Shown here: positions 42,482 to 55,913 of the stretch, in pieces | Layout: every line of letters starts with the position of its first letter | Position numbering within the stretch: position 1 is the stretch's first letter | NCBI GenBank assembly: GCA_964016885.1 | Contig: OZ024742.1 | Span: 322,524,001 to 322,588,000, forward strand | Length of the DNA: 64,000 bases | Direction: 5' to 3' | Source: Eledone cirrhosa | Lineage: Eukaryota | Position numbers and translations under genes: made by a program | The notes under the pieces: generated by a model | Seen by the model: only the letters and a program-made list of their open reading frames with translations | What the model was told of the DNA's origin: nothing | Database searches by the model: none

Positions 42482-43705
42482 TTAGGTTGTTCGAAAATTT
42501 ATGCCAGTTTTTAAGCATTAACTTTAAAAGAAAAATCACAATTTAGAATAAACTTATTGATGGAAATAAAAACCATTACAATCTACACATATTTGCCAAT
42601 ATGTGACACAGTTATTTATTCTGGTAACAGAATTCTGAAGTTCTTGAAGTTCTGAATATGATGAATTCTTTGAAGGCATTCTTTTGCAACTGTTTGGTTG
42701 TTGAAGACTTTTCTTTGCAAGAAGTCATCAAACTGCATGTAAAAGTAGTAGTTGGTTGTTGAAAAATCCAATGAGTATGCTGGATGAGGCAGTTTTGTTG
42801 CTCAATTCATTCAACTTTTGTTTGTGTGATGTGTAGTTCAGTGTTGTCGTTTAAGAAAATTGAACCATTTCTATTGACCAATGTTGGACACATACTCTCC
42901 AATTTTGTTAGGCATTTTATTGATTTCCTGCCAATATTTCTCTACTGTGATTGTTTCACTAGAATTCAGAAAGTTGCAGACCACTAAATAGTCACCATAA
43001 CCTTGTATTGGTGCAACTTTAGCTTTGGCAAGTGTTTAGAAGCTTCATCTTGGTTCAACAACTGTACTGAACATCATTGGTTATTCTATGGCATCAAATT
43101 TTCACTGCACATCACAATGTGATTAAGAAAAGAGTCATTTTTGTTGCACAAAAGAAGTGAAAAGCAGACAATGGTAATTTTTCTGGTTTTCATTCAGTTC
43201 GTGTAGCACCAATTTTTTCAAGTTTCTTCTTTCTATTTCAGTTCAAATATTCAGAAATTGTTTCAATGCTTAAATCTAGTTCTCCTGCAAGCTCTTGAAC
43301 AGTTGAGATTTGCTTCTACTAAAGCCTGCAATTCATTGTCAATAGCAGAAGGATGTCCAAAGCCTTTCTTATCTTCAAGAGTGAATTCACCACGATGGGA
43401 TTTTTTAATCCAGTGTTGCACTGTGCATTCATTAACACTTTTAGCACCAATCTTCATTAATATTTCTAGCTGTTCATGCTGTAGTGCAGCCAAGTTTAAT
43501 CTTATAGAAATAAATTTGACCAAAACCCTCTTTTGGCATCTTCAAAGATCTGAAAATTGACAAAAATGAATTACATTCAAAGAAAGTGCATAAAATAAGC
43601 TTTATAATGATATCTAATTTTATACACCTTGCATGGACTTTTATTCCTAAAAAATACTGAAACAAATAAAAACATAAAACATGCATTAATATCTGAACAA
43701 CTTAA
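42482..43705 (-). mobile_element. Old mariner relic (cecropia/Hsmar1-like)
   Basis: TIR remnants ttaggttgttc / gaacaacttaa; VNECTVQHWIKK..RGEFTLED..GFGHPSAIDN resembles the mariner HTH-linker region. Confidence 0.75.
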
Positions 43706-43959
43706 TATTTAGCCCCCAGAAAATTCACCTCTATTATGTGTTTGTGTTTCATTTAGTACTGGGGTGGATGAGGGGGTAATATTTAGGTGCATTCTTGTTG
43801 TTGTTACAGCCCACACCTATGTGGGTTTGGCTTTATCAGATGTTTAAATCCTTTTGTATCCATATTTCTAATAAAAGACACTAGCTATGATTTTCAAATA
43901 CTTTTGAAAATAATCAAGAATTTGAAGTGATTTAGTAACATAACTAATTTTCTTATTAA

Positions 43960-44153
43960 CCCTTTATTCTGGCCATATCCAGCCAGAATTCTCTCACCTC
44001 TTTCTGTTCAAACCGGCCATAACTGGCCACTTATGGTATTGTTCTCAAAATAAATAATATCAAAATCTCATAGATTCTATATTATGTGAGATAATTATGT
44101 GAGATAAAGCCTTTGCCGTGGAAATATGATAGAGTTATGTAAATGCTAAAGTG
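43960..44153 (+). mobile_element. piggyBac-type MITE family A nested in MITE family B (about 43845-44298)
   Basis: TTAA on both sides; homology to 32547-32941 and 47596-47813. Confidence 0.8.
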
Positions 44154-45512
44154 TTAAGTTGATGTTTAGAACTTAACTTAGTTTCTTACATAAAATTATG
44201 ATGGAAGATTTTTAAATAAATATAAACATTTTGAATTAAACAGCTTTGTATCATAGAATCAAGGCGAGTTTCAGGCAGTTTGGTATCAACTTGGTTAATG
44301 ATATGGGCCCCAATCATGTCTATCATAACATGATCTTATGATTAAGGTCACTTTGGCTGTCTTGTAGTTCTGGATTTCATTGTTATGTGTGTTAGTTTGA
44401 CCATGTGCCAGCTTATCCCATGTGACAATCTGCTTTCTATTGGTCATGCAGGCCCATCACCAGGCTTTGGTCCAGGAGGGTGGATATTTGAGACTTCACA
44501 ATATTCTAGGTGGGCACTCTTTTACAAGAAACACATTTCAAGGTGTTTTTTTTATAAACATTGTTTTCTAAATCTGATGGTGCACCATTGAAAAGTAGGG
44601 GTGAAGCCCCACCCCTTCCATTGGCAACAATCACATTCTCTCAAAGTTTAACTCTGACCATGTACCAGTTCATCCCATGTACCAGTTCATCCCATCTACC
44701 AGTCTCTCTCGTGTGTCAGTTTGAGCATATATTCATCTGTCAATATTCTCCACATTCAATGATCAGAAAGTATTTTTCCTTCAATATGTTGTGTCAATAA
44801 AACCATGTAAATATTTGATGAGGGCATAACTGTATGTTGCTGTTGTTGTTTAGCACTAGGTTTGTCTTTATCAAGCAGGCCTATAATCAAAGGTTTGCCA
44901 GCCATGACCAACCCATCTTATCTTCAGGAATAATCTATGTACAACTACAGTATTCAAATTAGGATGTTAGAGAACCTAAATTCTAGTAGGTGTGTGTACA
45001 CACACATGTTTGTGTGCATGTTTATATTATTTATATATGTGTGTATGTATTTAGGGTATGAGAGAAAACGGCTTATATACCCACTATTTACCTACTTCAA
45101 GCAGACAAAATATTTTTTCTTGAAAATGATGGCTATGTATGTGTGTATGCATGTATGAATGTATGTGTGTATACTCAGACACAAGGCTAGTAAGTAGTAT
45201 ATCTATAATAAACTGCAGATCTAAAAGTGCATAATTTCTACTGCATCTGTTAGACATGAATTAAGCCCACCTAAAGAGATTTTAAAACCAGTTAATGTTA
45301 TTGTTGTTATTATCCAACATATCGATTATAACACAGTGGAGTTTAATGTACATTGAACAAATATAAATAAAAGTAATGCACACAGGTCTGCATGCACATA
45401 TATGCACATGCCCGTATGTATATATGTGTGTGTGTGTATGTATATTGTGTATGAGTATATATATAATGCACATGTACATATCCACATGTTCATATGTACA
45501 ACATACATAGCA

Positions 45513-45554
<42 letters not shown>

Positions 45555-46522
45555 ACGCGCACACACGCACACGCACACATAAAGCCTATATATATATATT
45601 CATTCATTCAAGCGAAGATTGGTATTGCCTATGATGACCTTTCTGCGAGCCTCCTAGACTGGTTAAATTAATGCAACTGATAACACACACTATATCATCA
45701 TCATTTTCATTTTTTTTTGTTCTTTTTTTTTCCTGTCCAATATTTTGGGACCTAAAAATCCCTTCTTCAGGGTTTAAAGAACTTTCCAATTTCCTCTCTT
45801 TGGGATTAAATTTTGATTTAAAAAAATTTTTTTTTTTCTAAATCGTTTTCAAACGTTATTTTATGGTTATGTACATGCATGTGTTATCGATAAGCATATG
45901 TGCATCTAGGTAGAAGTGTGTACACATACACCCATTCATTCACAAACAAACAATTGTTTCTACCATAATTATATCATACTTTTTGTGCTGATGGTGGTGG
46001 TGGGGGCATGAATTAAATTGACTCTGAATATTTAACTGGTACTTTATTTTATTGACTTTGATGGAAATATAAAAAGCTGGCTAAAATACCACAAAGCATT
46101 TTGTTCAATGCTCTAATGATTCTACTAATCCAAATACATATCCTAAACGGACGGTAGTTGTGGTCGTGTTTTCGTTGGCAATCGTCTGTTTACGACAGTA
46201 CAGCGCGGCTCTACTTTATTTAACTGAGATAAAACTTATATGAGCATGAACAGTAGATCATTACACATCTTTTGGCTTAAAAATCTAGAAATTTGGTCCA
46301 GCGGGAAAAAGTTTATAATCAAACTTTGCTGATAAATCTTGTGTTCAAGTGAGCTAGGGGAGGTAATCCAGAAATGACGTAGCTTTGTCATTAAGCCAGT
46401 TGCCTGAACTAGATTGCAATTATACTCAAAAGAACTTTAAAATGTCAATCACTTGTCAGTAATTCACTATGATCATTTAATTATTAGATAGTTGTTGCTT
46501 GCATTGCCTTAAAAAATAGTAG

Positions 46523-47553
46523 ACCAGATAGAAAAATGCGTACAGCAAAAAAAAGTAATATTGTTGGAATATAAACCTTTAAAAATACAGGACAAGAAAC
46601 TAAAATAAAGCTTTAAAAGAATAGGACAAGAAATAAAAAATTTTACAATAATATTAGTGGCAAAATTTTTTTATTCGTTTCCTGTGCTATGCCCCAGTAT
46701 CTTCTTGATTAGTGCATAATAATTGTCATGCTCTCATTGTGCGTTGCCCCTGAGCGATTGGTTCTGGTTGGGGTTGGTTGGCTGAGCAGTTCTGCTCCGT
46801 CAGAATGACCATTGCAAGAAGAATTGGCCGATGCAGCTGCAGGTCTCCTCCAAGAATGCACTTCTGGTCCCGCAACACCAGACAAAGATGGAGAAGACGA
46901 CCGGGACAAGATGTCGACTCTGGCCACCGACTACGGCACCTCCCTCAACTACTGGTCCTCCCTCCCTCTGTCCCGTCATCCCTCCAGTCCTCCTGCTCCC
47001 CCTTCCTGTACCAGAAAGCTGTGGCACGCATTCATCTGGACTGCCGGACTTGAACTCAAGGACAAGATGCAAGGAGAAAATGGACGGGTTGGTCAAGATC
47101 AAGGATGAGCGGGACGACAAGACCGTCCGCTGCTGCTCAAGATCTGTGTTCATGGGCCCATGGGTCCATTCACATTATGCATGACACATGAGGCGTGTCG
47201 CCGAATGATGAAATAGGGGTATGGTTATGGTCAAATTGGTGTTCAAACCAGGATCAAATGATCCCCCCCCCGGTCTGACGACAACCTCTGAATGTGGAAC
47301 CCAGAGCCTATGAATGTGGAACTCGATTTTTTACCAATAAAAATTTTGCCACTAATATTATTGTAAAATTTTTTATTTCTTGTCCAATTCTTTAAAGTTT
47401 TATCTTAGTTTCTTGTCCTATTCTTTTAAAGTTTTATCTTAGTTTCTTGTCCTATTCTTTTAAAGTTTTATTTTAGTTTCTTGTCCTGTATTTTTAAAGG
47501 TTTATATTCCAACAATATTACTTTTTTTTGCTGTACGCATTTTTCTATCTGGT
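46523..47553. mobile_element. Non-autonomous long-TIR (foldback-like) element with GC-rich internal cargo
   Basis: Near-identical TIRs at 46523-46675 and 47336-47553 beginning accagatagaaaaatgcgtacagc; 33-34 bp subrepeat present 2x left and 4x right. Confidence 0.88.
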
Positions 47554-47595
47554 ATTGTATATGTATGCTTCATGGGTACATAATAATTGGTTTAA

Positions 47596-47813
47596 CCCTT
47601 TAGCATTTATGTTACTCTATATTTGCTATTGTATTTTCGTGAGAAAGGCTTTATCTTACATAATTCTCACATAATATCGAATCTATGAGATTTTGCTATT
47701 ATTTATTTGGAGAACAATACCTTAACATCAGTATGAGTGGCCAGTTACAGCCAGTTTGAACAGAAATAGGTGAAGGAATTCTGGCCGGATACGGCCGGTT
47801 TAAATCCTAAAGG
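47596..47813 (-). mobile_element. piggyBac-type MITE family A
   Basis: ttaa-ccctttagcattt...aaatcctaaaggg-ttaa. Confidence 0.85.
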
Positions 47814-48414
47814 GTTAAAGTCACTGTCTGACACTCTCCAGCCACTGACTCACAGACCTGCTTTCTCCTCCATTTGCCTTTTTATCATTACTACAATAGT
47901 ATCTGGTCCTCAGTCACAATCCAGTCTCTGTCCCAATGATGTGCTGTCTCTTCTTCATTTCTACAATGGTCTTTGCTCAGTCTTTGTACTACAACAGTCT
48001 TTCTACTTTGCAGACACATTCTAGCTACTGGCTCTGTACTAAGCTCTAAGCCCAGTCCTTCTGTCCAGAACCTCGGCTCTCTGGAACACTCTGACTCACA
48101 TGTCTGAGGCCACAACTTTACAGAGTGTACTGGGTGTATTTATGACACCATCACTACAACTTACTGGGTGCATTTTATTTTAGCACCATTTCTTAAGAGG
48201 TTTTTGTATCCTGAAACAAGCATAGAGGGCAGTAAAAGAAGTGAGGGAGAGATCTTTGGAGGGATCAATGGTAACTACATTGTTTGTTGTTGAGAGAGGA
48301 AAGATAGTAAGTGTTTCATAGTAGATGTTGCTAGAGTTAGCCTTGAGGAGATAGCGAGGGCTGGCAGCTCAAAAAAGGTATTGGTGGTTAGGGGTGAGGA
48401 GATTGGAGATGGAG

Positions 48415-48915
48415 TATACATACATAATTACATACATGATGGCTGCCCCCTTGTTATCAAGTATGGCCATCACACAACATTTGGTGCTGTGATTGAACGT
48501 GGCTTTTTAGTCTGGCTAATGATTTAAAGTGTCTTGCACAGTCGACAAGTATGAAAAAAATGTTCATTGGCAATAGCAAGCTGTGGTTGGTCATCATGTA
48601 CTTTTGCATGTTGTTTGAGCCCTCCTGCTGATCTGCACTCTTTCCCACATGTTTGTCAGGTATGATGAGCAGCATCTCCAGGGGGAGGTCGGTAATCAAC
48701 CACAGGTCTCATTGAGTGACTGCAAAGATGACTTTTGAGTCCAGCTTTGCCGAGGCAAAACTTTGCACAAATGTCACATGTCAGCTCCATAGGATCACCT
48801 TTGCAGTCTGGAAATGCAAAGCAATACCTTTCCTGGCAGCCCTTTTCAGTTTCTCATTGGTGATTTGAGATGCCTCAAAAACAGCTTTCCCCTTATGTAT
48901 TGTCTTTCTCCATTT
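48415..48915 (-). mobile_element. Older 3' fragment of the C2H2-finger BovB-like RTE
   Basis: Reverse complement aligns with 20575-21012 and with the 3' end atggccatact.gataac.agggggcagccatcatgtatg. Confidence 0.88.
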
Positions 48916-48979
48916 GTTGGAGGAAAAAGAAATATTCACATGCAGGCATTGCACGATATTGTAAGATCTTAACTGATAA

Positions 48980-49430
48980 TGCAAATGGCTGGCTGTAGCC
49001 TTGAAAGGCAACCAACTCAATGATGTCTCAAAATTGTATTGAAGTAAATGTCAATAAGGGCTCTGAAACCACACCAGGAGAAAGTGTCTGACCTGGAAGG
49101 TGCCACTGGGCATCAACACCAGGGCCTGACAGTCATCATGCCAATGTAATAAAATCAATAAAACCTAAAACCACAAAAAAAAAACCCCAACAAATATTGG
49201 CTTTTGGATGTAAGGGCAGTTCTTGACACAGTCTTTAGAACATCCTGAACAAACGACTGCTCTTGTTGCAAAGGAGTTTCATCATTATATCTTTGACATT
49301 GTTGCTTTTTCTGAGACAAGCTTAGTTGGAGCTGGTTATCTTATGGAATGTTGTGGAGACTACACACTCTTTTGTAAAAGGAGAGACTAGAAGAGAGGCT
49401 GGGGTAGCATTAGCTGTCAAGACTGTTCTT
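48980..49430 (+). mobile_element. Degenerate RTE 5'/APE fragment
   Basis: PEQTTALVAKEFHHYIFDIVAFSET-like remnant resembling the BovB-type APE N-terminus. Confidence 0.6.
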
Positions 49431-50261
49431 GTACATACTTACATATATTCTACTTCTAAATAGGCTCCAATATACTCCAAATGTTATCTAACATGAACTA
49501 TTACCCACATCTTTCCATCCTTATCTCTGTCTTTCTTATATGTTGGTGTCATTATTTTGTTTAGTCACATGTATGTGTGTATATGTTTAGATCTATATAT
49601 ACATATGTCAGTGTGTATGTGTGTGTATATATATATATATATGTATGTATGTGTGTGTGTCACATTTGAGTATTTCTTTGATAAATATGGACAAGCACAA
49701 TTGTATCTACCAGGTCAATTCAAATTGATATAGTAAGTACTGTTGAATTGTTATCTATACGGTGTGTGTGTGTTCTATTACTGCCCTCTATGCAAGTGTT
49801 CTTAAATGTATAAAATAAGACATTAACTGAACAAAGGACTCAATCCAAGGTGTCATATATCTATTATTAGAGGAGTGGCAATGAGTTTAAATTTTTGCTA
49901 AAACACCATAGACTGTATACATTGTATCATACCAACACAAGAGATGTTATTTGTGACAAGAAAAAAAAAAAAACCCTTTTACTACACACACACGTACACA
50001 TATACATACATACATACTTATCTCATTTATATATATGTACGTATGTCATGGGTATATGACATGTGTGGTGGGTTTTAAGTGTGTGACCTCCAGTAGCATG
50101 GGAGAAACAGTGATGATATCAAATACTGTATGGAGTGGAGTTATAGCTGGTATTAGGATTTAAGGGGTGATGGAGGGTGATCCTGGGTAGAGTGATAAAC
50201 TTGGATTGAGTGTGGGTGATTCTGGATGAAGTAGTGATGGGACAGGCTGTACAGTGTAAGT

Positions 50262-51520
50262 CATCATCATCATCACCGTTTTACGACCGTTCTTCCACGC
50301 TAGCATGGGTTAGACGGGTTGTCCTGTTGTGAGCAGTGTCCGGTCGGCTGACCTTGTCTTGCTCATACGGGAACTAATTCTGGCTTGATTTCTATAGCTG
50401 GATGCCCTTCCTAACACCAACTTCATTTACAGTGAGTGCTGGGTGCTTTTTTTCCATGGTGCCTACATGTCCACTTTACAGTGAGTACTGGGTACTTTTT
50501 TTGCTGTGGCAACTACACGTCCACTTTAAAGTGTAGGCTGGGTGCTTTTTTGCCGTTGCACCTCCACGACCACTTTTGCAGTGGAATAATAGGGACCCCA
50601 GTCCTATCATCTCATTTCTACAGCTGAGTAAACTGGAGCAATGTGAAATAAAGTGCCTTGCTTAAGGAAACAACACATCACCCGGTCTGAGAATTGAACT
50701 TGCAACCTTTCGATTGCAGAGAATAGTTATTAAGGAGGAGGATGTATGAATGGGTCAGGTCACATATATTGATAGGCATATCTTCACCAGTACTGCATGG
50801 CACCACTCCTCTAAGTATTATATATATAGATAAAAGCTGACCTTGCACAATTACACCTCTTAAAGGCAGGATTGAGATCTCTGGTGTTATGCAGTAATAC
50901 CGAATACCCACCTTCTCATGTGCACAGGTTGAAGCATACATCTAATATGCACTACACTCCCTTATCTACCCCTTCCCTTCCATACACCACCAACGTGCTA
51001 ACACACCATCCTTTATCCACACACCCCACCCATCACCAGATAAGTGCTTCCCCTTAGATCTACCTTTCCAATCCTCATGCACCTCCACTTCCCTAGCCCA
51101 CATTGTAAAGTGGTCGTGTAGGTGTCACGACAAAAAGCACCCAGCTCGCACAGTAATGTAGTCATGTAGGTGTCAATAAAAAGCACACAGTCCACTCTGT
51201 AAATGTGGTTGGCATTAGGAAGGGCATCCAGCCATAGAAACCAAGCCCAAATCAGTCCAGTATGAGCAAGACACGGTCGTCATCATCACTGTTTAACATG
51301 GGTTAGACGGGGTGTCCCATTGTGGGACATGTCAGATCAGGTGACCATGTCTTGCTCATATAGAATTGTTTCTGGATTGGTTTCTACAGCTTGATGCACT
51401 TCCTAATGTCAATCGTATTACAGCGTGCTTTTTGTCATGTCACCAGCATGACTACTTTACAGGATGGACTGGGTACTTTTTGTCAAGTCACCAACACAAC
51501 CACCTTGCAGAGTGGACAGA
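50262..51520. mobile_element. Cluster of RTE family B-like 3' UTR fragments in alternating orientation (50262-50580 -, 50875-51277 +, 51278-51520 -) plus a SINE piece
   Basis: Homology to 8530-8890, including ttaggaagggcatccagc and the (GAT)n tail. Confidence 0.85.
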
Positions 51521-52967
51521 CATCCTGTGTGCATATGATGTATTTACAAATACAGACGAGAACAAAAGAAGTTGAGGACCATGCCAACTGGTGCACTTAG
51601 CTCCCCACTCTACTCAAGCCTATATATAGGTTTAGTAGTTAGAGAATTGGATTCACAATCTTGAGGTTGTGAGCTCGATTCTCAGTCTGAGCAGCACCTC
51701 TCACCACTCGGCATAAGAACACTGCCAACACACACAAACACCACCACAACCACACACAAACACCACTGCCATTACTACCACCCAATACTCACATCACCAT
51801 GACCACCACCACACACAATTACATTACTCTCATCACCACCACATGTGTGTGTGTATGTATATATATATATATACACACACACACATGAGCCAATGAGAAA
51901 TAGCAATCAAGTACATCTCCGCCTTAGAATTTTTTGGGTAGTTCACTTAATCTATCGTTTGGTTTAACACCACCACCTGGTCCTTGGGGGTGTTTAGAGT
52001 CCACTCTGTTGGAAACATTTGACCAGGTCTCTGGTTTGAGAACACCTTCCCTCTTTCCTTCATCTCTCCCTCCGTGACACGCACCAGTTTCTTATACTCT
52101 GAAAAAGGTCATGAACACATCCTTTCCTGACTAAACAGCAAAAAAAAAAAAAGGCGGGGGGGGGGATATGGTTTCTTAGTAGAGTGTTTCTTATTTAAGA
52201 CTGATGTGTGTGTGTGAATTTGGGGGGCAAATTTCGTTACTGTTTCTAGTACGTCGAGTCTCCGAGGATGTGATGTGTGTCTAATTTTTTTTATTACTAA
52301 GTAGTAAGATTACATGTCTAGCAAATGTTATAGGTGGTGTGGTGTTGTTGTTGGGGATGTGATGTTGTTGATGGTGGTAGTGTTTTGTGTAGCTGTTTGC
52401 CTGCTCAGTACTTGCAGGTCCGCTATTAACACCAGGAAATACTTCAGAACCGACTGATTAACTAACCCTAGCCCACATCACATCCCGCCCGTTCTTCTAA
52501 TTAAATTTCAAATCACCGCCTACACGTCATTGCTATTACTTATGATGTTGATGCTTCGGTCTCCCGGAGACATAAATATAGTTCCTTTCTTTCGTCCACA
52601 CATCATTTAACAGCAGCAGCAACAATAGCGAACGAGCGTCTACATAGAGTCGCTCCAGTCGACTACGAACGGGTCTTTAAAAAATAGAGAGCAAGAACGA
52701 GGGGCATGTAGAGCGATAACTTTTTGTTAGTTATAAGGGGAATATAGTTTTAGGGGAATTAAAGTCATCATCAACAATAACTACAGTGAGGGGACGTCTG
52801 CATAGGATCGCTTGACCTACTAGAAATAACAGCCAAATCTACATTAAATCAAATCTTACTGCAAGCTTGTCACCAGGCTGTGGTGCTCTGGTGGCTTTCA
52901 GAATATTCTGGGTGGGCACTCTAGCTCACAATTCTAAAACAGCTTTGATTTCAAGTAGAAATCCATT

Positions 52968-53003
<36 letters not shown>

Positions 53004-53646
53004 ACCGATAGCTGTCAGTAATTCCTCAGTGTTTAAGGGTTAGTCCGCCTCGTTGTCTCAGCGGGAGTTTTGGAATAAGCATATCATCATAATATTTTTT
53101 TTCTAAGTCTGTGGGTACACTATTAAAAAGGTAAGGGTGGGGCAGTGTCATACAGTGCAACCCCTTACCCTTGGTGACGTACCCGCCTTATCTTTTATTG
53201 TTGTTTTTTTTAAATGTAGTCAGGAGTACTCTACTTTTAAAAAAAGTGCTTTCTAATTTACGCACAAGGCCAGAAATTTGGGAGGATGTGTCTATTAAAT
53301 CGATCTCAGTATTTCATTCGAACTTTATTTTACCGATTCTTTCATATGATGAAAAGGAAAGTTGACCTCGGCAGGATTTGAACCAAATGCCGCGAAGCTT
53401 TTTTTCCCAACGTTCTAACGATTCCAAAATGCGATTGGTTATGGCTTGAAAATACCTTAGTTTCAAAGGTCTGCTTGCTTACTCGATCAGGACCGCTTTA
53501 TTTCGGGGCTAAAACAAACAACAAAAGCAACACCGTCACTACCACCACCGCCACCTTTAACGTCATAACCAGGAGCAGCAGCAGCAGTCGCTCTAACAAA
53601 CCAGCCAGCCTGCCAGTTTTCTGGGCGGGTTTCCAACCGACTTGGA

Positions 53647-53731
53647 ATGGAGTTACAAAATGCGAATGTAAAAGATGACCAGGATACTACGGATGGCTGC
53701 TGGCAAGTCGACGATGCACTTTTAAAAGAAT
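53647..53731 (+). CDS. Candidate first coding exon of an unidentified host gene
   Basis: ATG, then MELQNANVKDDQDTTDGCWQVDDALLKE, then GTAAGT donor; unique CpG-retaining context with GGGCGG just upstream. Confidence 0.3.
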
Positions 53732-53830
53732 GTAAGTTTGGGGATGGCGAATCAGTCCCGCACACAAACATCTATTTATACATACATGCATATGTGTATA
53801 CGATTTTCGAAACAGTTCCGCACAGATTAT

Positions 53831-53885
<55 letters not shown>

Positions 53886-54409
53886 CACACATATATACAT
53901 ACACATGTCATAATCCCAAAGGAGACCCCTTGTCGCTTCGGTTTGTTACTAGACTCGTTTAGTTCGAACTAGTTTGTTGTATCGAGTTCTATTCTGATTT
54001 GTGGTCATCCCGGTCCACGAACCGTTTAAGAATCCTTTATATATATATATGTGTGTGTGCTGACTGGCTAGTCATCCACATATACACACATTCATGCGTG
54101 CACATGTGTATACAGTCTTGTCTTCGTTTTACAGAGCCTACGTTACCAAAACAACCATCGTGAAGCGTAGTTTCTGCTGTTTTCTTTACGTTTTCGCTTT
54201 TGTCCCATCAAAGAATTTTTGTCGTTGTCGTAGTCAGGTACATAATTTCATGAACGGGTGTAGGAAAATTGTTGGTTGATATATTCATTTTTTAAAAATT
54301 CATTAGACTCTTAGACTGCAACCATGCTGTGACATTATATACGCGTACACACACTTGTTTGTGTAATATGTACACTAAACTTCAATTGACTCGGCGAAGC
54401 TTGGAAGTA

Positions 54410-54574
54410 AAAACACACACACACATATATATATACGTACGTGCATGTGTGTGTGTGTGTGTATATTGTGTGTGTAATGTGTGTATATATATATATAGTG
54501 TGTGTGTGTGTATATATAGTGTGTGTATGTATGGTGTGTGTATGTATGTATGTATATGTATATATATATATATA

Positions 54575-54626
<52 letters not shown>

Positions 54627-54657
54627 ATGTATGTATGTGTATATATATATATATATA

Positions 54658-54695
<38 letters not shown>

Positions 54696-54704
54696 GTGTG
54701 TATG

Positions 54705-54742
<38 letters not shown>

Positions 54743-54777
54743 GTGTGTGTGTATGTATGTATATATATATATGTATG

Positions 54778-54816
<39 letters not shown>

Positions 54817-54860
54817 TGTGTGTGTGTGAGTATATATATATATGTGTGTGTGTGTACACA
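54410..54860. repeat. (TA)n/(TG)n compound microsatellite
   Basis: Direct reading. Confidence 0.95.
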
Positions 54861-55542
54861 CGTGCGTGTGTATTGCATAGAGATCTAAATGTAGGTGTGT
54901 GTGTAGTCCGATTTTTCAATCGAAGCTTCTGGTAAGAAACGTATCGAAACAAACTTATCACATACACACACACACACACACCCAATCACACGCTCTTACA
55001 GATAGTACATTTTAAAACTTACACACCAATATACTATTTTACGTACGTACACATTCACACATACACGATTATACTAGCACCGGCGTTTCTGTTATATGAA
55101 TATGACGATAATGGTTTCTTTATTAGTCACAAGGACTTCCAGGGGTAATACAGTAAACATTATAAGCAGGGGTCGCACTACATGCGGGGCTGGACAAAGA
55201 TTTGTAAACAACGGTTGAGGCAAGGACGTTAAAAAAATATAATATGATAATAGCGATAACTGATTAGTCTTTTGATTATCGAGTGGTTTAGCGTGTTTAC
55301 ACACACACCACTCTCTCGCTTTCTCTCTATGTATGCACAGAAATATTAACCCAGTTAATCTAGACATCGTAGAACCGGATTCGTAAATCTTTTTGTACAC
55401 CCCAACCTTCTAGCTCTTCTATCTAAACTCATACATGTTGGAAGGTTGGGGTGTACGCACGCACGCACACACACACACATATATATATAATGTGTGTGTG
55501 TGTATTTATTTACATATATATATATGTGTGTGTGTGTGTATT

Positions 55543-55581
<39 letters not shown>

Positions 55582-55584
55582 ATT

Positions 55585-55615
<31 letters not shown>

Positions 55616-55618
55616 ATT

Positions 55619-55651
<33 letters not shown>

Positions 55652-55864
55652 ATTTATATGTATATATATGGGGGTAATGCTAATGATTCTTACGTCGGCC
55701 CCTCTGAAAAGAGTATTATCTTACATAAAATACCACACGCATGTGTATGTATGTCTATTCTATCTCCCTAATATATGTATATGATTATCTTAATTGAAAT
55801 ACTGGTGCTATTGTATGATGGATGTAAGCTATAGCAAAGTCTCTCTCTCTCTCTTTCTCTCTCT

Positions 55865-55913
<49 letters not shown>

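Noticed and set aside
46518-46530. Maverick/Polinton terminus (agtag...) for the long-TIR element
   Set aside because: The right end lacks the matching repeat and there is no 6-bp target duplication
51625-51695. tRNA gene-like sequence (also about 27625)
   Set aside because: Degenerate SINE head; a cloverleaf cannot be formed
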